The notes beneath the pieces were generated by a model. The model saw only the letters and a list, made by a program, of their open reading frames with translations, was not told the DNA's origin and ran no database searches. The position numbers and the translations under genes were made by a program. This document shows positions 49,529 through 58,148 of a DNA stretch of 64,000 nucleotides, piece by piece; position 1 is the stretch's first letter, and the number at the start of each line of letters is the position of its first letter. The DNA lies in the NCBI GenBank assembly GCA_963792415.1, contig CAWBVY010000006.1, positions 544,001 to 608,000 of the forward strand, read 5' to 3'. The DNA is from Candidatus Deferrimicrobiaceae bacterium (GTDB taxonomy: Bacteria > Desulfobacterota > Deferrimicrobia > Deferrimicrobiales > Deferrimicrobiaceae).

Positions 49529-50084
49529 CGACCGCCTCTTCCGTGACGATGTTCATCGGTCTGCCACCCCCTCCGAACAGCCGGTCCGTCGTGCTGACCC
49601 CGCCTTTTGTCGAGGATGCCGACCAGACGACCTTTCCGGTCTTGACCTCGAACATCATCATGCTAAAGGATACCAGGTTCGCAGACACCGAGCCGGACCG
49701 GACCTCTCCGTACTCCTTGACCACACCGGCCATCACCGCATCCACGCCGAGAACGCCTCCCAGTCTCTTGATCTCCTCCTCGGAAGGAGCCGACCGGTCG
49801 ATGGGCTGCGCCCTGGAAATCCCCCGCGCGACCTCTCCGGTGGGGAGGAGATAGAGGCCTCCCGTAGCCATGAGCATGTTCATATATACATCCCGCACCC
49901 GGTCCGCCGCTTTCTCGTCCCTGGTCAGATTCGCGAACGGAAGCACCGCGACTTTCCGGATGGATCCGAAATCCATGTTCGGATCACGGTACGTGTTCGG
50001 ATCACGGTGCCTGGCCGGACCGGTACCGGCACAGGCGCCGACACAGAGAAGGATAAGAACGGCAAGGATGTTTTTCGTGGTCAC
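49500..50084 (-). CDS. CsgG/GNA1162-like lipoprotein (OscF-like)
   Basis: GGAG RBS and GTG start; VGAC lipobox; KVAVLPFANLT, LGVDAV..G.V.EY, TGKVVWS. Confidence 0.78.
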   Translation of the reverse strand: MTTKNILAVLILLCVGACAGTGPARHRDPNTYRDPNMDFGSIRKVAVLPFANLTRDEKAADRVRDVYMNMLMATGGLYLLPTGEVARGISRAQPIDRSAPSEEEIKRLGGVLGVDAVMAGVVKEYGEVRSGSVSANLVSFSMMMFEVKTGKVVWSASSTKGGVSTTDRLFGGGGRPMNIVTEEAVVDLINKLYK

Positions 50085-50151
50085 CGCGTCTCTCCTGTTT
50101 TCGAGATCAATCCTTTTCCCCCGTATTCTATACTTTCCTCCGCGCGTCTTC

Positions 50152-52350
50152 TCAGAAGTACGCCCGCATCCTCGTGGAGAAGATCTTATCGTCCGATTCC
50201 CCGGTCCTGGACTCATCCTTTACGACCTGGTACGACATGTCGAGAGAGATCCGGTTGGTGACGTTCCATCGCAAACTGGGGCGGATGGTCTGGACCTTCG
50301 CGTTGTCCCTCGTCGACAGGTCCTGATTGAAGGCGAAGTTGAACAGGAGGGCCCCGGACGGAAAGGGGGACCAGTTGAGGGAGTAATTTTGCGTGTTTTC
50401 AATAATGCCTGGTCGTTCGATCCGGCTGAAGGCGGCGAGCAGGTAAAGAGTGTCGAAGGGCCTGTAGGAGATGCTGGCGTCCCCCCTCCGGTCCACGATG
50501 GCCTCGTCCGGCCTTTCCCCGCCGGACCGGTCCGTCCACGTTCCGTTGAAGTTCAGCGTCACGGTCAGGGTCCGGTTCGGCACGAAAGAGGCGCCGAAAA
50601 GCAGGTTCTCGATCTCCTGCCTTTCGCCCGTGTCCGATTTCTCCCTGGTGACCCCCCCGTTGAGGAAAACATCGATACCCTTGTAGAGTTGGGCCGAGTT
50701 CTGCAATATCAGGGTATACACGTCCCGCAACTCCTCGACCAGTTGCTCGTTCCGCCCGCTGAACAGGAGGACGTGGCGCAACGTCTTCAGCGGTACGGCC
50801 TGCAATGAGGCGGTGTAGGCATAAGCGGACTCTTTCAGGCCATCAACCGTACGGTTATCCTCCCTCGTGACCCTCCCGTTGGCGGAAAATATCCTGGAAA
50901 AGACGTGCGAGGCCGAAAGGCCGTTGATCATGCTGCTCTGCGTACGGGACGGAGGGCTCACATTCACGGTGTTGTAAGAGAAATCGTAGTAAAGGGAGGG
51001 GCGGTCCAGCAGCCTCGTCCGGAAATCGACGGACCCGGTCTGCGTGGTCCGGGTGATTTCCCCCTTCACCTCGTCCGCGGGCCTGGTAAGGAAAGCCTGG
51101 ATCTCCGTCACGAAGATCTCCGGAAATTCCGACGCTCCTGGCACGATGGCCGTGAGCGGCCGGGTCACCACCTTGATGTATCGCGACGTCACGTTCGGGA
51201 GGCGGATCTCGAAACGGTTCTGGAAAGGGCCGAACGGGGCAGTGGCAACGGCCGTCACCAGGTTCCAGACCTTGTTGTCCGGGCTGGTGTAAACCACCCA
51301 GGAAAAGGCGTTTGCGATTTCCGGAAGGAGTTCCCTGTCGACCCAGACGTAGAGGGTGGTCATCTCCTGCGGGATCAGAAAATCGAGCCCCATGTTCCTC
51401 GGCCGGGTGTCTCCGCCCAGCGGGGGGAGCCCCAGGTTCAGGCCGGCGCTTGCGGCCAGGTTTCCGTCGATCAGGGCGGGGTTCGGATCAAGTTCTCCGT
51501 CTGCCGGGCTGTCGTCCAGGGCGGAGAGCCCGGAAAGGGGAATCAGCGGAAAACTCACCTCGCCCCCACCGCTGGTGATGACTTCCGTCTCCGAGCGGGT
51601 CGCCTCGTAGTTTGCGGACAGGGTGGTCCGCCCCTGGAAAAAGGAACCCGAATATCTCGCCCGTCCGTTGTGAGTCCGATTTTTCAGCTCGAGGTCGTCG
51701 ATCCTGTTCACCTCGTCCCTGTAGGAAGGCTGATACCGGAGGTCCAACCCCTTGTAGGCATAATGTACTGCCAATATCGCCTGTTCCGTGCTGGTGTCCT
51801 GATGGACCCGCTCCTTGTCGAACGTGTCGGATTTTTCCAGCCGCAGGTTCCAGTCGGGAAACCCTTCCGGCAACCATCCCAGGACCGCGTATTGCCGCTC
51901 GTTCACATCCGTGGTGGAAGGAGCGCCGGAGCTCTTCAGCTCGTTCTCCCTTCTGCTGTACCCCACCCCCGCCTTGTAGAGGGGGGTTGTCAGCCTCAGG
52001 TCGAAGGAGGGCTGGATAATGGTGTTTGTCGACGTGGTTTGCACGCCGCCCGAATCCGAATCCGTCATCAGTTTCTCGAAGACGCCGCCGGCGATCAGGT
52101 TTAGGTTGGGATAGAACGATTTGTTCAATCCAAGACGGTACTGCTGGAAGAAACCGCTCGTTTGGGTGTTCGTCTCCGCCCCGGAGATGTCCTTGGTTTT
52201 TACGTCGCTACTGGCGTAACCGATATCCAGCAGCCCTGTCAGGCTGTCGGCGGAGGCCACTTCCGTCGTGAACGGGACGGGGCTGAATCCCGCGATCAGG
52301 AAGAAAGCCAGGAGCCGGAAACGGAAGGCTCTCTTCGCCTTGATTTTCAA
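50152..52350 (-). CDS. Large outer-membrane beta-barrel protein (OscE-like)
   Basis: Signal peptide; alternating amphipathic strands; C-terminal Phe (RMRAYF); central soluble insertion (W.VYTSPDN..W...RYIKVV). Confidence 0.78.
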   Translation of the reverse strand: MKIKAKRAFRFRLLAFFLIAGFSPVPFTTEVASADSLTGLLDIGYASSDVKTKDISGAETNTQTSGFFQQYRLGLNKSFYPNLNLIAGGVFEKLMTDSDSGGVQTTSTNTIIQPSFDLRLTTPLYKAGVGYSRRENELKSSGAPSTTDVNERQYAVLGWLPEGFPDWNLRLEKSDTFDKERVHQDTSTEQAILAVHYAYKGLDLRYQPSYRDEVNRIDDLELKNRTHNGRARYSGSFFQGRTTLSANYEATRSETEVITSGGGEVSFPLIPLSGLSALDDSPADGELDPNPALIDGNLAASAGLNLGLPPLGGDTRPRNMGLDFLIPQEMTTLYVWVDRELLPEIANAFSWVVYTSPDNKVWNLVTAVATAPFGPFQNRFEIRLPNVTSRYIKVVTRPLTAIVPGASEFPEIFVTEIQAFLTRPADEVKGEITRTTQTGSVDFRTRLLDRPSLYYDFSYNTVNVSPPSRTQSSMINGLSASHVFSRIFSANGRVTREDNRTVDGLKESAYAYTASLQAVPLKTLRHVLLFSGRNEQLVEELRDVYTLILQNSAQLYKGIDVFLNGGVTREKSDTGERQEIENLLFGASFVPNRTLTVTLNFNGTWTDRSGGERPDEAIVDRRGDASISYRPFDTLYLLAAFSRIERPGIIENTQNYSLNWSPFPSGALLFNFAFNQDLSTRDNAKVQTIRPSLRWNVTNRISLDMSYQVVKDESRTGESDDKIFSTRMRAYF

Positions 52351-52357
52351 CGGATTA

Positions 52358-53752
52358 TTACCTTTCCCCCATCACGGCCACCCAACAGGCTCCTTCCCCG
52401 ACGTCGATCAAGGGAGCCATCTTCCTGCTGACGAGGCCGAGGACCGCCACCGCCTTCCTTTCCGGGAGGACCAAGTAGAGGCTGTTTTCATCCCCGTCGA
52501 TCGTCATGTGGGATGTTCCTCCCCCGGCCGGAATGGAGTCCACGGGGAAAAGGGAAAATGGGTCGAGGATCTCCAGGGCGTCCGGCTTCCTGCCGACATA
52601 CAGGAGGTCGGTCCGCTCGTCCACCTTGACCGCGGTCATCCCGGCCCCGACAAAGACCCGCTTCACGGAAAGCGAGGACGGATCGATGACGGTCATGTAG
52701 GGGGACTGTTCATGGATCACGTAAAGCCGGTCCCCCTTCCGGTTGAACTGCCCCCTCAGGGGTCCCGGCAAGGTCGTGATGGTCGCCGCGAGGGACCGGG
52801 AGACGACGTCGATCACGGAGATCGTGTTGGAGAGGGTGTTGAAAACGTACGCCCGTTTCCCGTCGCGGCCCATCAGAACCGAGTTCGGGCCTTTCCCCAC
52901 CGGGATCCGGTTCCTTTCGATCAGGGAGGCGGTGTCGACGACGCTCACCGAGTCCGAACCGGAGTTGGCGGTGAGAAGGATCGAGCCATCCCCGGAAAGC
53001 GCCGGCTCCTGCGGATGGTCGCCGGTCTGGAGTCGTAAACGGTTTACGACGTCCCACGCTTCCGTATCCACCACTTCGATGGTGTCGTCCCCCGCGAGAG
53101 TCACATAAGCCCTCCGCGACCGTTGGTTCAGTGCGATCCCGCTGGGCCCCCTCCCTGTGGCGATCACCCCGACGACCTGCCCCTCCTTTTTATCGAAGAC
53201 CGTGACGTTGTTGGATCCGGAATTGGCCGCGTACCCTAAGAGGCCTACGGGGGGCCGGTCGGGGACGAAGATGGAAAAGGCGGGGGAAAAACGGTACCGG
53301 TCCCCGGCCGATTTTCTGTAGTCGAGACCCAGTGAGAGAAGGAGCGCCTTTCTCCTGGCGACCTGGAAGGGAAAGCCGATCGTTACGGGCTCTTCCGGGA
53401 CCAGGAGGGCGGCTGTACCCTCCTCCCCTTTGAGAGAAGCGTTCTTAATCTTGAACGAAAGCCCGGTGTACCTCCCGGGGGGCAAATTGCCCGATGCGAG
53501 GAACCGCTGTCTTTGGAGTTTCCCCCCTCGCATCTCCGCCAGGTACAGGGTGAGTGGGTAGGAGCCCCCCCCCTCCTTCACCGCCGAGATCCCCTCCAGG
53601 GTGAAGGCCAGAGGCTCCGCCTCCTGCGGCAGGGGGCGGAGGTAAACGAGCAACTCCCCTTCCTCTTCCAGAGCCGGTTTCACCAGGACGGATTTCGCCT
53701 GGCAACCGGAGAATATCGCCAACGTGAGAATGGCAATGCAGAGACGCTTCAA
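52358..53752 (-). CDS. YVTN/YncE beta-propeller lipoprotein (OscD-like)
   Basis: Lipobox FSGC; YAANSGSNNVTV, ANSGSDSVSVVD, SNTISVID repeats; start could be 53791. Confidence 0.85.
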   Translation of the reverse strand: MKRLCIAILTLAIFSGCQAKSVLVKPALEEEGELLVYLRPLPQEAEPLAFTLEGISAVKEGGGSYPLTLYLAEMRGGKLQRQRFLASGNLPPGRYTGLSFKIKNASLKGEEGTAALLVPEEPVTIGFPFQVARRKALLLSLGLDYRKSAGDRYRFSPAFSIFVPDRPPVGLLGYAANSGSNNVTVFDKKEGQVVGVIATGRGPSGIALNQRSRRAYVTLAGDDTIEVVDTEAWDVVNRLRLQTGDHPQEPALSGDGSILLTANSGSDSVSVVDTASLIERNRIPVGKGPNSVLMGRDGKRAYVFNTLSNTISVIDVVSRSLAATITTLPGPLRGQFNRKGDRLYVIHEQSPYMTVIDPSSLSVKRVFVGAGMTAVKVDERTDLLYVGRKPDALEILDPFSLFPVDSIPAGGGTSHMTIDGDENSLYLVLPERKAVAVLGLVSRKMAPLIDVGEGACWVAVMGER

Positions 53753-53865
53753 GAGGCCCCTTCCCTTCTCCTGTCCCCGGCGGAAATCCACGAAAGGACA
53801 GATCCATTGCCATGGCGTTGCGACCTATGCACTTCTATCAGAACTTCGTCCGAGGCTCAACAATG

Positions 53866-53897
53866 AGGAAGGGCCGGCAGTTCCTGCCGGCCCCTCC
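53866..53897 (-). terminator. Strong hairpin downstream of omcS (terminator or mRNA-stabilising stem)
   Basis: GAGGAAGGGCCGGCAG-TTC-CTGCCGGCCCCTC; no clear U-tract. Confidence 0.55.
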
Positions 53898-53947
53898 CCT
53901 TGCTTCACCCAGCGAGGGAGAATACCCCCCTCGCTATATTTCCCCGA

Positions 53948-55204
53948 TCAGTCTTTCGCGTGGCACTTGTTGCAGAGGGACCGCTGGTACGAGCCGTAGT
54001 GCATCGTCGTGTCGTTGTACGCCTTCGTCGTCTCCGCCACCGTGCGGCCCTGGGCGTACTTCGCCGACGCCGCTATCGTAGATGGGGAGTCCGTCCCGGG
54101 CCACACGCCGTCGACGGCGATGAATTCATTCCCGGTGGCGTTCCACCGCGCCATGTAGTCCCATCCGGTGGCGTGCGCCCGGTGGCACGACAGGCACATC
54201 ACCCTGTCGCTGGTCGCCGGGCCGGTGGTTACCGTGGTCGGATTCGCGAGGGTTTTGAGAGTTGTATAATTGCTGGTGTTGTTCGACTGGAAGGGAACGA
54301 TCGAATCGTAGGATGTCGCTACGGTTCCCGTCATGTCGCCGCTGCCTTTATACGCGTTGTAGTTGGCCACTACAGCGGCACTCAGCCCCTGGTTGACGGG
54401 GTGCGTCATTTTGGAAGAGGTCCCGCTGTGCATATCGGGATGGCAGGCCGCGCACCAGTCGGAAGTTCCAGCGCCATACGCAACACGGGTGGCCGAGACC
54501 GCCTCGGTACGATTGTACGTGGACGGCGAGGAGGCGTTGAAAACGGCGGAAAAAGTCTTGCCGCCCGGACCGGCCGTGGAACCGTCCCCGCGCAGGATCC
54601 GGTACGCGCCGACTGCCTGGCCGGCCGCGGGTTCCACGCTGTTCCAGTAGGAGCCGGAGGCGATGATGGGGCCGCCGGTCACGCCGAACGTGGGAGCGGC
54701 ATCGGTCCCCGTTCTCCGCAGCTTGCCGTGCTGGTCGTGGCAGCTGGTGCAGCTGAACAAGGTCGAATCCATGTCCCCGCCCGGAGCGGTCGTGTTCTGG
54801 ACGTCCGCAATATAACCGAAATCGGCCGCGATGATGTTGTGTCCCTTCTTTTCGGCGAAACTGGTCTCGGTGGTTCCAGAGCGCGGAGACCAGGTGTACC
54901 CTTTCTTCAGCCACCCGAAATCACCGCCCGGGGTCCGGTTTCCCGGAGGGGTCCCGACGGGCATGTCCGCATCGGGGGTCGCGATGTGGTAGCTGGAGGC
55001 ACCGGACGCTCCGTGGCAGCTGAGGCAGGTGGAGCTGGCGTCTGTATTCGCCAGGAGAGACGATGTCGATTTCGCATCGTGGATGTTGTGGCACCCCATG
55101 CACTCGGCGACGCCGCCCGAATGGAAGGCGAGCGCCATCCCGCTGAGCCCCACGGTGATCAGGGCCGCGGCAAAGACGATAAAACCGATTCGTAAGCCTT
55201 TCAT
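53948..55204 (-). CDS. omcS: OmcS-family hexaheme nanowire cytochrome
   Basis: Signal peptide then FHSGGVAECMGCHNIH, TPGGDFGW.KK, GHNI, SGSY, TRVAYG, CLSCHRAHA, YQRSLCNKCHAKD; 6 CxxCH. Confidence 0.92.
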   Translation of the reverse strand: MKGLRIGFIVFAAALITVGLSGMALAFHSGGVAECMGCHNIHDAKSTSSLLANTDASSTCLSCHGASGASSYHIATPDADMPVGTPPGNRTPGGDFGWLKKGYTWSPRSGTTETSFAEKKGHNIIAADFGYIADVQNTTAPGGDMDSTLFSCTSCHDQHGKLRRTGTDAAPTFGVTGGPIIASGSYWNSVEPAAGQAVGAYRILRGDGSTAGPGGKTFSAVFNASSPSTYNRTEAVSATRVAYGAGTSDWCAACHPDMHSGTSSKMTHPVNQGLSAAVVANYNAYKGSGDMTGTVATSYDSIVPFQSNNTSNYTTLKTLANPTTVTTGPATSDRVMCLSCHRAHATGWDYMARWNATGNEFIAVDGVWPGTDSPSTIAASAKYAQGRTVAETTKAYNDTTMHYGSYQRSLCNKCHAKD

Positions 55205-55219
55205 CAGATCCCCCTTTTT

Positions 55220-55306
55220 CCTCTCCGGCAGCCCGGCCATCCGTTGCACATGGATCCGTCGGCTTTGTGTCCCCGCCTTTCGGTCGGGTTTACCCTTTTC
55301 GGAGGA
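55220..55306 (-). ncRNA. GEMM-I (cyclic-di-GMP-I class) riboswitch upstream of omcS
   Basis: CUCCGAAAAGGGUAAACCCGACC-GAAA-GGCGGGGACACAAAGCC...GGCCGGGCUGCCGGAG follows the GEMM-I consensus (GYAAAC, GNRA loop, GACRCAAAGC, P1 closure). Confidence 0.9.
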
Positions 55307-55438
55307 TCGGTTTGTTGGTTGGTTCCCTGAAGCCCCTCGAAGAATTACTCTCCGGATTCCACTTCGCACTTTCTATCGCTTCTTCTCCCCACCCCCTTTC
55401 GGATAATTTCGCGCCCCGGCCTTCCCCCGCTTTGCGGA

Positions 55439-56389
55439 TCATTCGTAGGAGACCCGGAAGACGCTGATCCCTCTTTTCCTTGCCTGGCTGACGAACACGC
55501 GGCCGGCTTTATCGACCACCAATTCATTCGGGGCGATCAGGTCGCCCGGCCCGGTACCCCGTTGGCCGAACTGCGCCTGGAACTTGAACTCCTTGTCGAA
55601 AACCGACACCGCGGAGCGCAGGGTGTCAGTCACGTAGATATCCCCCCTGCCGTCGACCGCGATCCCCGACACGATGTTGAACCTCCCGGGGAGGTTGCCG
55701 GAGGTCCCGAACGAGGAGAGCCGTCTGTCGGGAGAGAGCTTGAAGACTTTGAACAGCGTGGGCACGGTAAAGAACAGGTTCCCCTCCGGGTCCACGGTGA
55801 TGCCGGCGATGTTGTATTCGGCCCCGGGTTTCTGCTCGAAATCGACAAGGAGGGGGGCGATGTCGAACCCCTCCTGAAAAACACCGCTTGCATCCGTCAC
55901 CACCACCTTCTTCGCGACCAGGTCCGCAAGGTACAGTTTCCCGTTCCCGGAAAGGAGCCTCCCGGGGAAGATCCGGTCGAACTCGCTGGGGAGATTCCGG
56001 ATTTCGATCCCGGCCTGCGGCTCCCCCCGGTAGTCGCACCGCGTCACCCGGAACCGGTCCCCCGCGCGGGAAAGGATGAGGATGTTGCCGTCGCTCTCGA
56101 CGGCAACATCGATGAAACCGCCGATATCCAGGTCATCCCCGAACCGGTACACCTCCATCCCGCTGCTGTTGAAGACCGCCACGGAGTCGCCGGTGACCAC
56201 GTAGATTTCGCCTCTCTCCGGGTCGATGGATTGCTTGACCCAACCATACGGAACGGTTCCTGAAAAATTCGAGAGGCTGTACAGATAGGTTGCTTTTACC
56301 CCTGCAACGGACGAGGAAGGAGCGCATATCAACAGCAGGAGCAGTGCCGCCGCGAGACCTCCGATCGATGAAGAGCGAACCCGTATCAT
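55439..56389 (-). CDS. Secreted NHL-repeat beta-propeller upstream of omcS
   Basis: Signal peptide; GIAVD..G.IYVTD, FG..G.GPG.L..P repeats. Confidence 0.87.
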   Translation of the reverse strand: MIRVRSSSIGGLAAALLLLLICAPSSSVAGVKATYLYSLSNFSGTVPYGWVKQSIDPERGEIYVVTGDSVAVFNSSGMEVYRFGDDLDIGGFIDVAVESDGNILILSRAGDRFRVTRCDYRGEPQAGIEIRNLPSEFDRIFPGRLLSGNGKLYLADLVAKKVVVTDASGVFQEGFDIAPLLVDFEQKPGAEYNIAGITVDPEGNLFFTVPTLFKVFKLSPDRRLSSFGTSGNLPGRFNIVSGIAVDGRGDIYVTDTLRSAVSVFDKEFKFQAQFGQRGTGPGDLIAPNELVVDKAGRVFVSQARKRGISVFRVSYE

Positions 56390-56401
56390 GCCGAAAGGCA
56401 G

Positions 56402-56417
56402 AGCAACAGGCATGCCA
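56402..56417 (-). promoter_or_regulatory. Sigma-54 promoter for the NHL-omcS operon
   Basis: TGGCAT-GCCTG-TTGCT, near-consensus -24/-12. Confidence 0.75.
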
Positions 56418-56685
56418 GACCAATTCCAGGAAAAATGTCTTTAATAACAAAGAGGTATGGATTAAAGCCTTCGATCCTCCCGGTGCAATGGTGGATTCCC
56501 CGGGTTCCTTGTGGGGATATGACCACATCGGGAGCGCGGGTAGGGCGGGGGTTTCCGACGGGAAGCGCCCCATTGCGGGACCCGGCGGGACGGGTTGCCA
56601 TGCAGGCAGGAAATTTCCCTCAATAAAACGAGCCGCATTGCCGATATCTCCCCTTAGCGGATATGTGCCCGAATGGAGAAACATT

Positions 56686-57984
56686 GTGGCGTTAACATCC
56701 TGCCCCAGGGGTAGTTCCCTTGGTTTCTGGATCTTCCTTCTTGCCGCCGCTACGGTGGGAAATCCCGCTTCCGCCTTCCACTCGGGAGGGACCGGTGAAT
56801 GCACCGGGTGCCACGACATGCACCAGGCGCAATCGTCCCCGGAAGGGACGGATAACAATGTCGCGCTGCTGGCAGGGAAGGACCCGGGATCCGTCTGCCT
56901 GGAGTGTCACCAGAGGGCCGGACAGAAGCAGCCCGATTCCCACCTCGTGGCAACCGCAGACCCGGACATGCCCGCCGGAATGCCACCCGTTCAGCTCACA
57001 CCTGCAGGGGATTTCGGCTGGGTAAAGAAAAGTTACCGCTGGGGGACCGGGGGGGGGGAAGACGGAGGGTACAGCCCCGGAGAGCGTCACGGTCACAATA
57101 TCGTCGCGGACGGATACCGGTTCTCCCCCGACGCGGAACGGGTCACGGCTCCTGGAGGGACCTACCCGTCGATCAGCCTTTCCTGCATCAGCTGTCACGA
57201 CCCGCACGGGAAGTACAGGCGGTTTGCCGGCGGTTCCATCGGAACCGTGGGCGCACCGATCCAGGCATCGGGGTCCTACGACTCGAGCCCGGACCCTTCC
57301 GGGGACCGTTCCGTCGGGGTCTACAGGCTCCTCGGGGGGAAAGGGTACAGGACGTCCTTGTATGATGGCGAGCCATTCACCGCCGACCCTCCCTCCGCGG
57401 TATCCCCCGCGACGTACAACCGCAAGGAAGATGCGGGCGACACGCGGGTCGCCTACGGCGCCGGTTTCTCGGAGTGGTGCGCCAACTGCCATCCCCGGTT
57501 CCTGTCCGGCGGAGGCACGGGCGCGAAGAGCCACCCCGCGGGAACCACCGTAAAACTTTCGCGGAACGTAATCGCGAATTACAACTCCTACGTGGCCTCG
57601 GGGAATCTCTCGGGGAGCAGTTCCACGTCGTATACCTCCATGGTTCCGTTCGAGGCCGGTACGTCGGATTACGGGCTATTGAAAAGGATGGCGAAGAGCG
57701 ACGGATCCGCGGCCGCGGGTCCCGGGTCCCAGGCCAACGTGATGTGCCTCTCCTGCCACCGGGCCCACGCCTCCGGGTGGGACCACGGGGGCCGGTGGAA
57801 CCTGAAGTCGGAATTTCTCGTCTACAACGGGCAGTTCCCGGGAATCGACGACGGGACCGTGCCGGCAAGATTCTCCCAAGGGCGCACGGGCGCCGAAACC
57901 CGGAAGGCGTATTACGATCGACCGCCGACCGCCTATGCCACCTACCAGCGTTCGCTCTGCAACAAGTGCCACGCGAAGGATTGA
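56686..57984 (+). CDS. Second OmcS-family hexaheme cytochrome (OmcT/OscC-like paralog), divergently transcribed
   Basis: GGAG RBS and GTG start; FHSGGTGECTGCHDMH...GDFGWVKK...CISCHDPHGKYRRF...YQRSLCNKCHAKD; 6 CxxCH. Confidence 0.9.
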   Translation: MALTSCPRGSSLGFWIFLLAAATVGNPASAFHSGGTGECTGCHDMHQAQSSPEGTDNNVALLAGKDPGSVCLECHQRAGQKQPDSHLVATADPDMPAGMPPVQLTPAGDFGWVKKSYRWGTGGGEDGGYSPGERHGHNIVADGYRFSPDAERVTAPGGTYPSISLSCISCHDPHGKYRRFAGGSIGTVGAPIQASGSYDSSPDPSGDRSVGVYRLLGGKGYRTSLYDGEPFTADPPSAVSPATYNRKEDAGDTRVAYGAGFSEWCANCHPRFLSGGGTGAKSHPAGTTVKLSRNVIANYNSYVASGNLSGSSSTSYTSMVPFEAGTSDYGLLKRMAKSDGSAAAGPGSQANVMCLSCHRAHASGWDHGGRWNLKSEFLVYNGQFPGIDDGTVPARFSQGRTGAETRKAYYDRPPTAYATYQRSLCNKCHAKD

Positions 57985-58119
57985 CGCCGTGGATGGGGAA
58001 ATTCCCACCCAAGGTGGTGAATTCGCATGAATTCTTATATCGGAATTTATTACCGGGAAATTGCTCCGACCAGGAGATTGATAAAAAAGGGAAATTTCTC
58101 CCCCCGCCCGCTTTATTAA

Positions 58120-58135
58120 CGGTACCGAATTTGCA
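58120..58135 (+). promoter_or_regulatory. Putative sigma-54 promoter for the REC-PilZ gene
   Basis: CGGTAC-CGAAT-TTGCA (GG-N10-GC), preceded by repeated GGGAAATT(T/G/C)C motifs. Confidence 0.55.
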
Positions 58136-58148
58136 TTCATTCATGGAC

